NCBI GenBank assembly: GCA_947647275.1
Contig: CANSJQ010000002.1
Coordinates: 192,754-256,753 of the forward strand
From: an uncultured Clostridiaceae bacterium
Lineage (GTDB): Bacteria > Bacillota > Clostridia > TANB77 > CAG-508
Direction: 5' to 3'
DNA length: 64,000 nucleotides
Shown here: one piece after another, positions 52,089 to 63,715 of the stretch
Layout of the letters: the number at the start of each line of letters is the position of its first letter
How positions within the stretch are numbered: position 1 is the stretch's first letter
Position numbers and translations under genes: made by a program
The notes under the pieces: generated by a model
What the model was told of the DNA's origin: nothing
What the model saw: only the letters and a program-made list of their open reading frames with translations
The model's database searches: none

Positions 52089-53918
52089 CTATTCAATAAC
52101 TTTTCTTTCTTCTTCTGAGCTCTCTATTTTAGTAAGTATGTGGTCATCTCCAACAAACATTAAACATTCTCCTCTTTTTAATGACTTAATTTCTATTTTC
52201 TCTTTTTCTGATAAATTTGTATATTCTGAAAGTAATTTTATATTTTCTTCTTCTAATGAAAAAAATGTTTTTATTTCTGAATTATTTAAAATACTTTTTC
52301 CATAAGCACCATTTTCTAAACTAAATAAATCTGAAATATCTTGTGTAATTGCTACACCACTTCCACCATATTTTCTTATTGTTTTAAATATTTTATAAAT
52401 AAAACTTGCTACTTCTTTATTTGATGTTACTCCTATTAATCTCCAAATTTCATCTAAATAAATTGCCTTTTTTATATTTCTATCTTTTTTTATTTTATCC
52501 CAAAATAATGTAGTAAATAAAAACATTCCATATTTTAAATTTTCTTCTCCTAATTCATATACATCTGCAACTATTAATTTATTATTTAATTCTACATTTG
52601 TATACTGATTAAAAAATTTAAGTGAACCTTTTACAAAAGGTATTAATTTTGTCTTAAATATTTTTGTTTTTTCATCTTTATCTAATAAATTATAAAAATC
52701 TTCTAATATTGGCATATCATGAGTCTCTTTAAATATTGGTTTTATTGTTACTTTATTTTTTTCTGTTTTATATAAACTTTTATCATCAAATGTTATTCCT
52801 TTTTGTTTATATACTTCTATTATTTTTTCTTCTAATATTGCTTTTTCTTCTTCATTTATACTTCCAAAAATCAAATTAAAAAATCCTATTAAATTTGGTA
52901 TTTTAGTTGCTAAATATCCTCCTTCTCCTTCTTCTAAACTTTCTTTTCGTATGTCAAAAATATTGACGTAAGTTGTAGAGCTAGAGCCTATTTTTAATAA
53001 AGTTCCATTTAAGTTCTCACATAATTTTGTATATTCTCTATCTGGGTCTATTATATATTGTTCTATTCCTAACAACCTAAATCGCAAAGCTAATAATTTA
53101 ATATAGAAAGACTTACCTGCTCCACTTGTTCCAAATATACACATATTTGCATTTTTATATTTATTTTGATTATATCTATCAATAAATATTAAAGAATTAT
53201 TATAAATATTTGTACCTATAAAAATTCCTTCTTCATCAAAAATAGAAGAAGATATAAATGGATATGTACATACTAGTCCAGAAGTTAATATATTTCTCTT
53301 TGTTACTTGTTTTATATCATTACTATTTTTCATAAAAGGTAAACAAGCTTTAAAAGTTTGCTCTTGTCTAAAATATCCTCTTCTTAATTGCATTCCTTTA
53401 CTTTGAATTATTCCTTCTATTTTATTTAGTATATATTCTAATTCTTTTTTATCTTCTGAATATACAGTTATATAAATATATAAAAAATATAAATCTTCAT
53501 TATTTAATTGAATTTCTTTTCTAATATATTTAGCATCTTTATATGTAAATGCTGCAATTTCTATATCTTCTCTATTTTCATTTATATTTTTTAAATCTAC
53601 ACCTACATTTCCTATATGATAAGTTAAATCTTTTACTACTTTATATGGATTTTGTTTTTCGTAAAATATAGAAATATTCATATTAATATTTGAATCAATT
53701 ATTGATTTTAATAATAAGTCTGTTTGTTCATGATAATAATTTGTTATTAATAATGTAGAAAAATACATATTATCTATTTCTATATATTTTGGATTTGTTA
53801 TATTTATATAACTAGGACTAATAAAATCCTTTTCACAAAAAATACCTTCTAAATTATTTTCTTGATTTTTTATTTCTTTTATTTTTATTAATTTATTTTT
53901 AATTAATTCTTCTAAAAT
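52089..53918 (-). CDS. VirB4/TraE-like ATPase (~609 aa from an ATT start)
   Basis: NANMCIFGTSGAGKS, IIDPDREY, IYLDEIW, RKYG...ITQ; frame open 50 codons upstream of ATG 53768 to an ATT behind AGGAGGT. Confidence 0.9.
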   Translation of the reverse strand: MLEELIKNKLIKIKEIKNQENNLEGIFCEKDFISPSYINITNPKYIEIDNMYFSTLLITNYYHEQTDLLLKSIIDSNINMNISIFYEKQNPYKVVKDLTYHIGNVGVDLKNINENREDIEIAAFTYKDAKYIRKEIQLNNEDLYFLYIYITVYSEDKKELEYILNKIEGIIQSKGMQLRRGYFRQEQTFKACLPFMKNSNDIKQVTKRNILTSGLVCTYPFISSSIFDEEGIFIGTNIYNNSLIFIDRYNQNKYKNANMCIFGTSGAGKSFYIKLLALRFRLLGIEQYIIDPDREYTKLCENLNGTLLKIGSSSTTYVNIFDIRKESLEEGEGGYLATKIPNLIGFFNLIFGSINEEEKAILEEKIIEVYKQKGITFDDKSLYKTEKNKVTIKPIFKETHDMPILEDFYNLLDKDEKTKIFKTKLIPFVKGSLKFFNQYTNVELNNKLIVADVYELGEENLKYGMFLFTTLFWDKIKKDRNIKKAIYLDEIWRLIGVTSNKEVASFIYKIFKTIRKYGGSGVAITQDISDLFSLENGAYGKSILNNSEIKTFFSLEEENIKLLSEYTNLSEKEKIEIKSLKRGECLMFVGDDHILTKIESSEEERKVIE

Positions 53919-53949
53919 TTTGAATACCTCCTTTTATAATTATTTAATA

Positions 53950-54260
53950 TTTTTATTTTTAATTTTTATATTTCATTTTTAATTTCTAATTTTTAATTTT
54001 CATTTTTAATTTTCATTTTTAATTTTTAATTTTCATTTTTAATTTTCATTTTTAATTTTTAATTTTCATTTTTAATTTTTAATTTTCATTTTTAATTTTT
54101 AATTTTAATTTTTAATTTTCATTTTTAATTTTCATTTTTAATTTTTAATTTTAATTTCTAATTTTTAATTTTCATTTTTAATTTTTAATTTTAATTTCTA
54201 ATTTTTAATTTTCATTTTTAATTTTAATTTTCATTTCTATTTCTATTTTTATTTCTATTT
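53950..54260. repeat. Low-complexity tandem repeat of 6-7 bp units (TTTTTAA/TTTTCA/TTTCTA)
   Basis: About 300 bp of alternating units directly upstream of the virB4-like RBS. Confidence 0.9.
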
Positions 54261-54515
54261 TTTAGTCTTATACTTTTTCGTTCTAATGTTTATTATTACT
54301 ATTTATTTTTAAATTTAATTTTTTTATCATTTACTATATTATTTTATAATTATCTTTTTAACATCTTAGTTTTTTAAAGTTTATTATACAGTGTTGAAAA
54401 TATCTTCATATATTCTTCAATTTTCTATTTTTTAGTCAATATTTATACTATATTTACTATCGGATTACTTTCTTTTAGGCTTTTCTACGTTTAATAAAAA
54501 TTTTAATATTTTATT

Positions 54516-55094
54516 TTACATAATTGTATTATCATTGTTATGCATTCTTGTATTAATGAATGAATATAGTATTGAAATAATTTCTTGTTTTTTAGAAATG
54601 TCCTTAACTACGTTTCCGCATCTGGCTAAACATTCTTTTATTTTATAAAAATTATCATTTAATTCTTCAATTATCATTTCTTCTGTTTTTATATTTTCGT
54701 GTGTTTTTGAATTTTTTATTATTATATAAAATCTTTTATTTGAGGATTTTTTATTTTGATTTAATTTTTTTATATATTGAATATAATTTTCAGATATTTT
54801 TTTAATATTTTCTTTTTCAATATTTTTTTGTGAATTTATTTTTGAAATATGTTTTGATAAATCTTCTTTGTTACTTTGAATTAAAATTTGGATATCAAAA
54901 TTACATGTTTTTAAAAATAATTTATAAGAATTTAAAATTGCTTCTTTTTCTAATTCAGATTTTAAATTGAAATTAATTGGATTTATTTGAATTATTTTTA
55001 TATATAAATTATCTTCTAATTTAATAATTCCATTATCTAAAATCTTCTGAAAAGGAAGCCAATCTTGTACCGAATATAATTGTTCCTGTTTCAT
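54516..55094 (-). CDS. VirB4 N-terminal-like (TraC-like) T4SS protein
   Basis: QDWLPF.KI..NGIIKL...INF.LKS..EKEAI..Y..FL....F.IQILIQS pattern. Confidence 0.7.
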   Translation of the reverse strand: MKQEQLYSVQDWLPFQKILDNGIIKLEDNLYIKIIQINPINFNLKSELEKEAILNSYKLFLKTCNFDIQILIQSNKEDLSKHISKINSQKNIEKENIKKISENYIQYIKKLNQNKKSSNKRFYIIIKNSKTHENIKTEEMIIEELNDNFYKIKECLARCGNVVKDISKKQEIISILYSFINTRMHNNDNTIM

Positions 55095-55241
55095 TTTTTA
55101 TTCCTTTCTTTATTTTTTATTTTATAATTCTATTCTAACTTGCATTTATGTAAATGTCAACAAAAATCGTTCGTCAAATTACGACAGTATTTTTATTTTT
55201 AATACTTCTATTTAAAATAAAAAACTTCAAAAAGAAGTTTT

Positions 55242-55615
55242 TTATACATATTTTGATATTTTATTAACTGTAATTAAAATAGCTCCTTTAGGTTTAGTTG
55301 CTCCAAAAGGAGTAACTTCTCCATTTCCGAAAAAAGTATTTTTACAAATATCATAATATTCCCCATTAATATAATATTCTGCTGTTCCAAACATTCTTAG
55401 TCCTTCATATTTTTCATTAAAAACTGTCAAAACTACATTATATATTGTACATTTTTCTGTGTATTAATCATTTCATTTACTGATATAATTAACTTATTTT
55501 TATCTATTATTTTTACGTCTGATGCAACTGCTAAGTTAGGATTATTTTCACTATTTACTGTAGCTATATGCATGGGTTTTCCATTTATTAAATCGTTATA
55601 TTCAAATAAATTCAT
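55242..55615 (-). pseudogene. Pyridoxamine 5'-phosphate oxidase-family gene with a frameshift near 55440
   Basis: HIATVN...PN N-half; the C-half NVVLTVF...G.AEY...G..Y...PKGAI is in another frame; junction is not CGG. Confidence 0.75.
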
Positions 55616-55683
55616 TAAATTACCTCCATAAATAAATTTATGTTTATTATAACATAAAAATTTAATTCTGTCATTATTCTTTT

Positions 55684-56604
55684 TTAACACTCCTCAATAG
55701 CTACAAAAAATATTTCTTCTAATTCATTATATATTTCTTCTGCTTTTTCTAATGGTAATGACCTTCCTTCTTCTCCTTTTCCTATTTCTATTGTATATCC
55801 GGGTTTTTCATATTTATCTATAAACCAGTCTTTATAGCCTGCAAATGATGAATAATAATTTGGCTGTGTAAGTATGTATCCACTTACTTTTTCCATTTTT
55901 TTACCTATTTCGTATGCTCTTTCTATTTTCTTATTTAAATAACTCCAATATATTTCTTGCCCTTGTGAGTGTAAGGATATTGTCATATCAAAATTAAACA
56001 TTTGTGTAAAATTTATTATATTTTTTGTTTCTATTTCTGATATTGCATTTGGTCCTGGATAATCTCTTGGGTTTGGAGATATTATTCCTTTTTTGGCTTT
56101 ATTTTTTACTGCTTGCTCCCAGCCCGCTGGATAATTTAAGTTTAAATCTACCCCTCTTATATTTGCTTTCCAATCTTCTAAATTATTGATATATTTTTCC
56201 CATATATTTTTATATAATTGATTTGATAATACTTTTTTATCTTTTAAACATAATCCAACTCCATCTGGATTTACCATTGGCACTATATATATACTTGTTC
56301 TATTCCATAATTCTTCAATATTTCTTCCCTTATAATTTTTTTTATTTTTATATAAATATAAATATTTTTCGATAAACATCATTGTTATTAAAGATGTCAT
56401 CCATTCATTTGCATGATGTGAAGCATTTATAAATAATTTTTTATTTCCTTCTCCTAATTTTATATATGCTATACTTTCATTTAATGTACTTTTCCCTATA
56501 TAATTTATTTTAAATAATGGATATTCATAATTTAAAAATAGTAAATCATTTTTTAATATATCATAAGTATAATTTTTATCTGTTTTTATAATAATATTAT
56601 TCAA
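55684..56604 (-). CDS. M14 zinc peptidase (gamma-D-glutamyl-meso-DAP peptidase-like)
   Basis: HHANE, PMVNPDG, WKANIRGVDLN, SLHSQG, YTIE. Confidence 0.9.
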   Translation of the reverse strand: MNNIIIKTDKNYTYDILKNDLLFLNYEYPLFKINYIGKSTLNESIAYIKLGEGNKKLFINASHHANEWMTSLITMMFIEKYLYLYKNKKNYKGRNIEELWNRTSIYIVPMVNPDGVGLCLKDKKVLSNQLYKNIWEKYINNLEDWKANIRGVDLNLNYPAGWEQAVKNKAKKGIISPNPRDYPGPNAISEIETKNIINFTQMFNFDMTISLHSQGQEIYWSYLNKKIERAYEIGKKMEKVSGYILTQPNYYSSFAGYKDWFIDKYEKPGYTIEIGKGEEGRSLPLEKAEEIYNELEEIFFVAIEEC

Positions 56605-56707
56605 TAAAAAGCTCCTCCTTTTTATTTATTCTATTTTTTAATTTTCTATTTATTACACACTTAGAATATTTTTATTTTTTTATAATATTATTTAATGGGT
56701 GATTTAT

Positions 56708-57253
56708 TTGAATTTGAAATTAGTTAAAAAATTGCAAATTATTTCTATTATTTTTAGTATTATTTTAGGAACTTTATTACATTTTACTTTTGAACTATTT
56801 TCTAAAAATATATTTATTGCATTTTTTAGTGCTGTAAATGAAAGTGTTTGGGAACATCTAAAATTAGTATTTTTTCCAATGTTTATTTTTGCTATTATTG
56901 AATATTTTTTATTAAAAAATTATAATAATAAAAATAATTATATATTTTCTAAAACTATTGGAATTGTTTTTGCTGTTCTATTTATTACTATTTTCTTTTT
57001 TACTTATTCTGGAATAATTGGAACTAATTATTTAATAATTGATATTCTTTCATTTTTATTTGCTATTATTTTTGGTGAATTTATTTGTTATAAATTATTA
57101 ATTAAAAATAAAAAAATAAATAATAGAACTAAATATATTTGTATTTTTACTTTATTAATTTTATTTTTTAGTTTTATAGTTTTTACTTATTTTCCACCAA
57201 AAATAAATTATTTTAAAGATACTTTAAAAAATAATTATGGAATATTTAAATAA
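56708..57253 (+). CDS. DUF6512-like membrane protein
   Basis: GTLLHF...AVNESVWEHLKL. Confidence 0.8.
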   Translation: MNLKLVKKLQIISIIFSIILGTLLHFTFELFSKNIFIAFFSAVNESVWEHLKLVFFPMFIFAIIEYFLLKNYNNKNNYIFSKTIGIVFAVLFITIFFFTYSGIIGTNYLIIDILSFLFAIIFGEFICYKLLIKNKKINNRTKYICIFTLLILFFSFIVFTYFPPKINYFKDTLKNNYGIFK

Positions 57254-57269
57254 AATCTATATTATTTTA

Positions 57270-57298
57270 GAATAAAAAAATTTTTTTTACACATAATA
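57270..57298 (+). promoter_or_regulatory. Sigma-G-like promoter
   Basis: GAATA-17 bp-CATAATA matches the forespore sigma-G consensus GHATA-N17/18-CATAHTA. Confidence 0.5.
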
Positions 57299-57303
57299 CT
57301 ATC

Positions 57304-57714
57304 ATAAGGTTAATATTAGCCTAACTAAGAGTAATATGAGGTTTTTTATAGAGTTTTATATTATTCGAGCAAAGATGTAATGTGGCTTAAGTAAACCTTA
57401 GGTTATATTATGTCGACGATGAAGAGTATATTATGTGTTTGTAAGCTATACTTTTTACATTATATTTTATTCTTTACTATATTTTGTATTTATATGTATG
57501 GTTAAATAATATATAATATATTCGAAGTTAAGATTATATTTATATAATACATGGTTGTTATTAGTCCTATAAGGATGAATATGGCTATTACGTATGTATT
57601 TATAGTCGAGCAACTGATTAATATTTGTGGTTTATTGCTTATTTATGCAGTAATGTATATTAGGTGAAAAAATTATGAATATTAGTTTTAGCTGAAAGTT
57701 AATATTAGCTTTAT
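57304..57714 (+). ncRNA. Candidate ~410-nt multi-branched structured ncRNA
   Basis: 17-bp closing helix plus five arms rich in G-U pairs on the + strand; no ORF; followed by a terminator. Confidence 0.7.
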
Positions 57715-57719
57715 CTGAT

Positions 57720-57754
57720 AAATGGACGTAAGAGATATTCTCTTACATCCATTT
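57720..57754. terminator. Bidirectional intrinsic terminator
   Basis: AAATGGACGTAAGAGA-TAT-TCTCTTACATCCATTT. Confidence 0.75.
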
Positions 57755-57757
57755 AAT

Positions 57758-57979
57758 TTACTTATAATTTTTTCTAAATTTTGCTTCTGCTACCCATTGT
57801 AATTTGCATATATTATCTTTAATATCATCTGGTATATTACCAATAGTCCTATAGTCTGGTACAACACCATTCCCATTTTGTTCAAAGAAATAAATACTTC
57901 CACATTGTTTATCTTCGTTGTCATAAACAAAGAATTCTACTATACTTTTAGTGGTTTTTCCTAATTTCACATTAGCCAT
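57758..57979 (-). CDS. Hypothetical protein (73 aa)
   Basis: AAAGGGA RBS and ATG. Confidence 0.6.
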   Translation of the reverse strand: MANVKLGKTTKSIVEFFVYDNEDKQCGSIYFFEQNGNGVVPDYRTIGNIPDDIKDNICKLQWVAEAKFRKNYK

Positions 57980-58021
57980 ATTTTCCCTTTCTGCTATACA
58001 TAGCTGAAATTTATTAATAAG

Positions 58022-58195
58022 TTACCTTAAAAGATTTTTCGCACATTTCTTTCTACTTTCTTCTGTTATTTCGACTTTTCCTTTTCCAGATTCATCAACA
58101 AACATTCCTACTCTTTCTGCCATATCTTCTTCAATTAATTTATCAATGTTTTTAATATTCTTTCTGTCAAAATTATCTTGTACGTCTTTACTCAT
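58022..58195 (-). CDS. Small hypothetical protein (57 aa, not in the ORF track)
   Basis: TAAGGAGGT RBS; MSKDVQDNFDRKNIKNIDKLIEEDMAERVGMFVDESGKGKVEITEESRKKCAKNLLR. Confidence 0.65.
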   Translation of the reverse strand: MSKDVQDNFDRKNIKNIDKLIEEDMAERVGMFVDESGKGKVEITEESRKKCAKNLLR

Positions 58196-58317
58196 AAATT
58201 TACCTCCTTAACAAGTTTGTTAATGGTTAATAGTTACTTTAAATTATGTATTAAATATAACATATTTTATATTTATTATCAATATTATATTTTAATATTT
58301 TTAACATATATTTATGT

Positions 58318-58401
58318 TGTAGGGTGCGGGCCTTATGTCCGCCCTATATTTAAATTATTTGTTATTTCGAAAAAGGGTAGACTTAAAGCGCCTACCCCTA
58401 T
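58318..58401. repeat. Degenerate REPIN-like element after gyrB
   Basis: TGTAGGGTGCGGGCC..GTCCGCCC ... GGGTAG..CTACCCCTAT; GTAG-headed palindromes. Confidence 0.5.
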
Positions 58402-58425
58402 ATATATAAATGTGAATTATAATTA

Positions 58426-60417
<1,992 letters not shown>

Positions 60418-60533
60418 TTATATCTTTTTATTTTGTTTTTTCAAGTATATTTTTTATTTTAATATATTAATTGTATTTAAATCAAGAGTACTCAGTCTAT
60501 TTTTGTTAATTATTTATTATTTATAATTTAATT

Positions 60534-60986
60534 TTAAAACTTTTTATATAAATAATAATGTATAGTACCTGGTGGACAATCTTCAAATCTTCCCCACTCA
60601 ATATAACCCAATTTTTTATAAAATTCTGGTGCTTGAAAACTCCATGAATCTATTCTAACACCTAAAGCTTTATTTTCCATTGCAAATTCTTCTATCTTTT
60701 TTATTACTTGTTTTCCAATTCCTTTATCTCTATATTCTTCACTTATATAAAAATCTGTTAAATAATACCATCCCCATCTAATAATTCCTAAAGCTCCACC
60801 AATTATCTTATTATCATCATATATAATAAAATCTCCATTTATTTTATTATTATGAGCATAAGAAGAATTTTCCATTATATATTTACAATTTTTTTGATTG
60901 TATTTATGCAAATTGAGCCACACATAACCTTCAACATCTTTTTTATCATCTAATTCTATTTTTAAATTATTCATATTTTTCTCCAT
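60534..60986 (-). CDS. GNAT acetyltransferase
   Basis: YRDKGIGKQ, SFQAPEFYKKLGY. Confidence 0.9.
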   Translation of the reverse strand: MEKNMNNLKIELDDKKDVEGYVWLNLHKYNQKNCKYIMENSSYAHNNKINGDFIIYDDNKIIGGALGIIRWGWYYLTDFYISEEYRDKGIGKQVIKKIEEFAMENKALGVRIDSWSFQAPEFYKKLGYIEWGRFEDCPPGTIHYYLYKKF

Positions 60987-61003
60987 TCTGTAATTTTTAA
61001 TTA

Positions 61004-62077
61004 TTAATAATTTTTATTTATTTTTCCATCCTTCACATTATAAATATTATAATTTAAATTAGGAATTTCTATTTTATCTGTACAAGTTATAATAACCTGT
61101 GTATTCTCAATATTTTCTAAAAAATTCTTTCTTCTTTTTTCATCTAATTCAGACATGAAGTCATCTAACAATAAAATTGGATACTCCCCTATTTCATCAT
61201 ATATTACTTGAAGTTCTGATATTTTTAATGATAATACTACCGTTCTATTTTGGCCTTGTGAGCCATACACATTTACTAATTGGTTATTTATATAAACAAA
61301 AAAATCATCTCTATGTATACCTTTTGTAGTAAAACCTTTTATTATATCTAATTTTCTTCTTGATTTTAATAATTCTATATATTCTTCTTTTTTAGCACAA
61401 TTAGAAATATATTCTACTTTTATTTCTTCTTTTTCATTAGTTATATTTTTATGTATCTTATTTATTTTGTCTTTTATTTTTTCTATAAATTCATTTCTAT
61501 AAATATATATTTTTTCTCCATACTCTGCTAGTTTTTCATCCCATATATCTAACAATTCTTCACATTTATTATTTTCTTTTATTTGTTTTAAATAATTATT
61601 TCTTTGTTCTAATGTTTTATTATACATATTTAATATATGAATATAATTTGGTCTTAATTGTCCTATCATAATATCTAAAAAACGTCTTCTTTTTTGAGGT
61701 CCATCTCTTAATATATTTATATCATCTGGAGTAAAAATAACTGTATTTATATTTCCTAATAATTCACTTAATTTTTTTATTTTTATTCCATTTGTATAAA
61801 TTGACTTTTTATTATTTAAATCAATTTTTATTTTACCATCTCTATCGCTTTTTTCGTATTCAATATATACTGAAGCAATATCTTTATTAAATTTAATTAA
61901 TTCACTTTCTTTATTAGTTCTAAAAGATTTTCCAATAGAACATAAAAATATAGCTTCAATTATATTTGTTTTACCTTGTGCATTATCTCCATAAAAAATA
62001 TTTATATTTGGACCTAATGTTATTTCTTCTTCTTCATAGTTTCTGAAATTTTTTAGTTTTATTTTGTTAATATACAT
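61004..62077 (-). CDS. recF: DNA replication/repair protein RecF
   Basis: NFRNY, GDNAQGKTN, GSQGQ, LLLDD.MSELD. Confidence 0.97.
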   Translation of the reverse strand: MYINKIKLKNFRNYEEEEITLGPNINIFYGDNAQGKTNIIEAIFLCSIGKSFRTNKESELIKFNKDIASVYIEYEKSDRDGKIKIDLNNKKSIYTNGIKIKKLSELLGNINTVIFTPDDINILRDGPQKRRRFLDIMIGQLRPNYIHILNMYNKTLEQRNNYLKQIKENNKCEELLDIWDEKLAEYGEKIYIYRNEFIEKIKDKINKIHKNITNEKEEIKVEYISNCAKKEEYIELLKSRRKLDIIKGFTTKGIHRDDFFVYINNQLVNVYGSQGQNRTVVLSLKISELQVIYDEIGEYPILLLDDFMSELDEKRRKNFLENIENTQVIITCTDKIEIPNLNYNIYNVKDGKINKNY

Positions 62078-62082
62078 ATTTT

Positions 62083-62215
62083 TGAGGTTGGAGGTTAGAA
62101 GTTGGAAGTTAGAAGTTTAAAATTATAATAAAAACATTATATTTATTCACATATAATTAATATTTTTATTTCTTATTTTCTAACTTCTGACCTCTGACTT
62201 CTGACTTCTGTCTTC
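62083..62215. repeat. Inverted arrays of a 7-bp repeat (GAAGTTA/GAGGTTG, then CTTCTGA/CTTCTAA)
   Basis: About five heptamers followed ~60 bp later by about five complementary heptamers. Confidence 0.75.
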
Positions 62216-62234
62216 TCTTCCTCCCCTCTTTTTA

Positions 62235-63356
62235 TTAATCTTTAAGTCTTATTGGTAAAATCATATATATATAATCACCTTCATCAACTGGTCTTATTAT
62301 ACATGGTGAAATACTTGTTCCAAAATCTACATATATTTCTTCATCATCAATTGCACGAAGTGCATCTAAGAAATATTTTGGGTTGAAACCTGCTTCTAAA
62401 TTTTGTCCTTCTGTTGAAACATACATTTCTTCTTTCGCATCTCCTGTTTGGTTTGTACAAGAAATTGTTACTTTTCCTATATCTACTAAAACTTTTACAG
62501 GATATTTCTTTTCTTTTTCTATACTTGATGATGATATTAAACTAATTCTTTCAAAACAATTTTGAATATTACTTCTATTTACTCTTACTCTTGTTTCCCA
62601 ATTCTCTGGTATTACACTTGAATAGTTTAAAAACTCTCCATCTAATAACCTTGTAACTAATTTGCAGTTTTCCATTTCAAATAATGCTTGGTTTTTAGCT
62701 ACTCCTATTTTTATAGTATCAAATGAATCTAATATAATTTTATTAACTTCATTTAATGTTCTTCCTGGAATAACTGCTGTAAAATCATTACTATTATTTT
62801 GTAAAAATTTAGATTTCCATGCTAATCTAAAACCATCTACTGCAACTACATTTAATTTATTATTTTTAATTTCAAATAAACATCCAGTAAATATTGGTCT
62901 ATTTTCTTCTGTACTTACAGCAAATATTGTTTTTCTTATCATTTCTTTTAATGAATTTTGTTCTATTTCTATTGAATTTTCAATATTTATTTGTGGAAGT
63001 TCTGGAAATTCATCTGGATTCATTGTTGCTAATTTATATAAAGAACCTTCACATTCTATTACTAATAAGTTTTGACCATTTAATGAAATATTAATATCAG
63101 TATCTGGAAGTTTTCTTATAATTTCACTAAACATTATAGCATTTACTACTGTTGCACCTTGTTCTTGTACATCTGCATCTATTACATATTCTATTCCTAT
63201 TTCTAAATCATAGGTTGTTAATTTTACTTCTTTATCATTAGTTTGAATTAGTATACCTTCTAATATAGGCATTGTTGTTTTTGAAGCTACGGCTTTTGTT
63301 ACGGAATTAATAGCTTTAATAATTTTTTCTTTCTCACAAACAATTTTCATTTTCAA
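62235..63356 (-). CDS. dnaN: DNA polymerase III beta clamp
   Basis: PILEGI, VAVDGFRLA, FNPKYF.DAL, MILPIR. Confidence 0.97.
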   Translation of the reverse strand: MKMKIVCEKEKIIKAINSVTKAVASKTTMPILEGILIQTNDKEVKLTTYDLEIGIEYVIDADVQEQGATVVNAIMFSEIIRKLPDTDINISLNGQNLLVIECEGSLYKLATMNPDEFPELPQINIENSIEIEQNSLKEMIRKTIFAVSTEENRPIFTGCLFEIKNNKLNVVAVDGFRLAWKSKFLQNNSNDFTAVIPGRTLNEVNKIILDSFDTIKIGVAKNQALFEMENCKLVTRLLDGEFLNYSSVIPENWETRVRVNRSNIQNCFERISLISSSSIEKEKKYPVKVLVDIGKVTISCTNQTGDAKEEMYVSTEGQNLEAGFNPKYFLDALRAIDDEEIYVDFGTSISPCIIRPVDEGDYIYMILPIRLKD

Positions 63357-63364
63357 TCAAACTC

Positions 63365-63715
63365 CTTTTATATATTAAATAATTTTAGTAGTAGTAGTAG
63401 TAGGTGTTGTGGATTATGTGGATAACTATGTTAATAGCTTATATGCCTAACTTTTTTCATGTTTATAATTTCGTGGATAAGTTTTAAAATTATAAACATC
63501 TAAAAAATTTAATTGTGTAAAATTGATTTATTAACACGTTATATACACAAAATTAACACTTACTTGTGGATATCTAACGTGGCTCTTCCGTAAGAAGAAT
63601 TACGTTTTTATTTTACAAACAATATTTTCAGCAAACAAGAATTTTAAAAAAGTTTAAAATTTGTTTATATAGAAACTATTTATCTGCAAGTAATATGTTT
63701 TTAACACTATCCACA
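63365..63715. other. Chromosomal origin oriC (dnaA-dnaN intergenic)
   Basis: (TAG)6 DnaA-trios at 63386-63403 next to tandem DnaA boxes TGTGGATTA/TGTGGATAA (63408-63425); further boxes at 63472, 63565 and 63707. Confidence 0.9.

Noticed and set aside
53950..54260. CRISPR array
   Set aside because: Short tandem units without unique spacers; no cas genes.
55242..55615. A fifth CGGA-type recoding site
   Set aside because: The frameshift junction has no CGG and looks like a small deletion, so it is treated as a pseudogene.
57304..57714. CRISPR array or integron attC array as an explanation for the repeated hairpins
   Set aside because: The arms are not sequence repeats and have no spacers or cassettes; the G-U bias indicates RNA-level structure.
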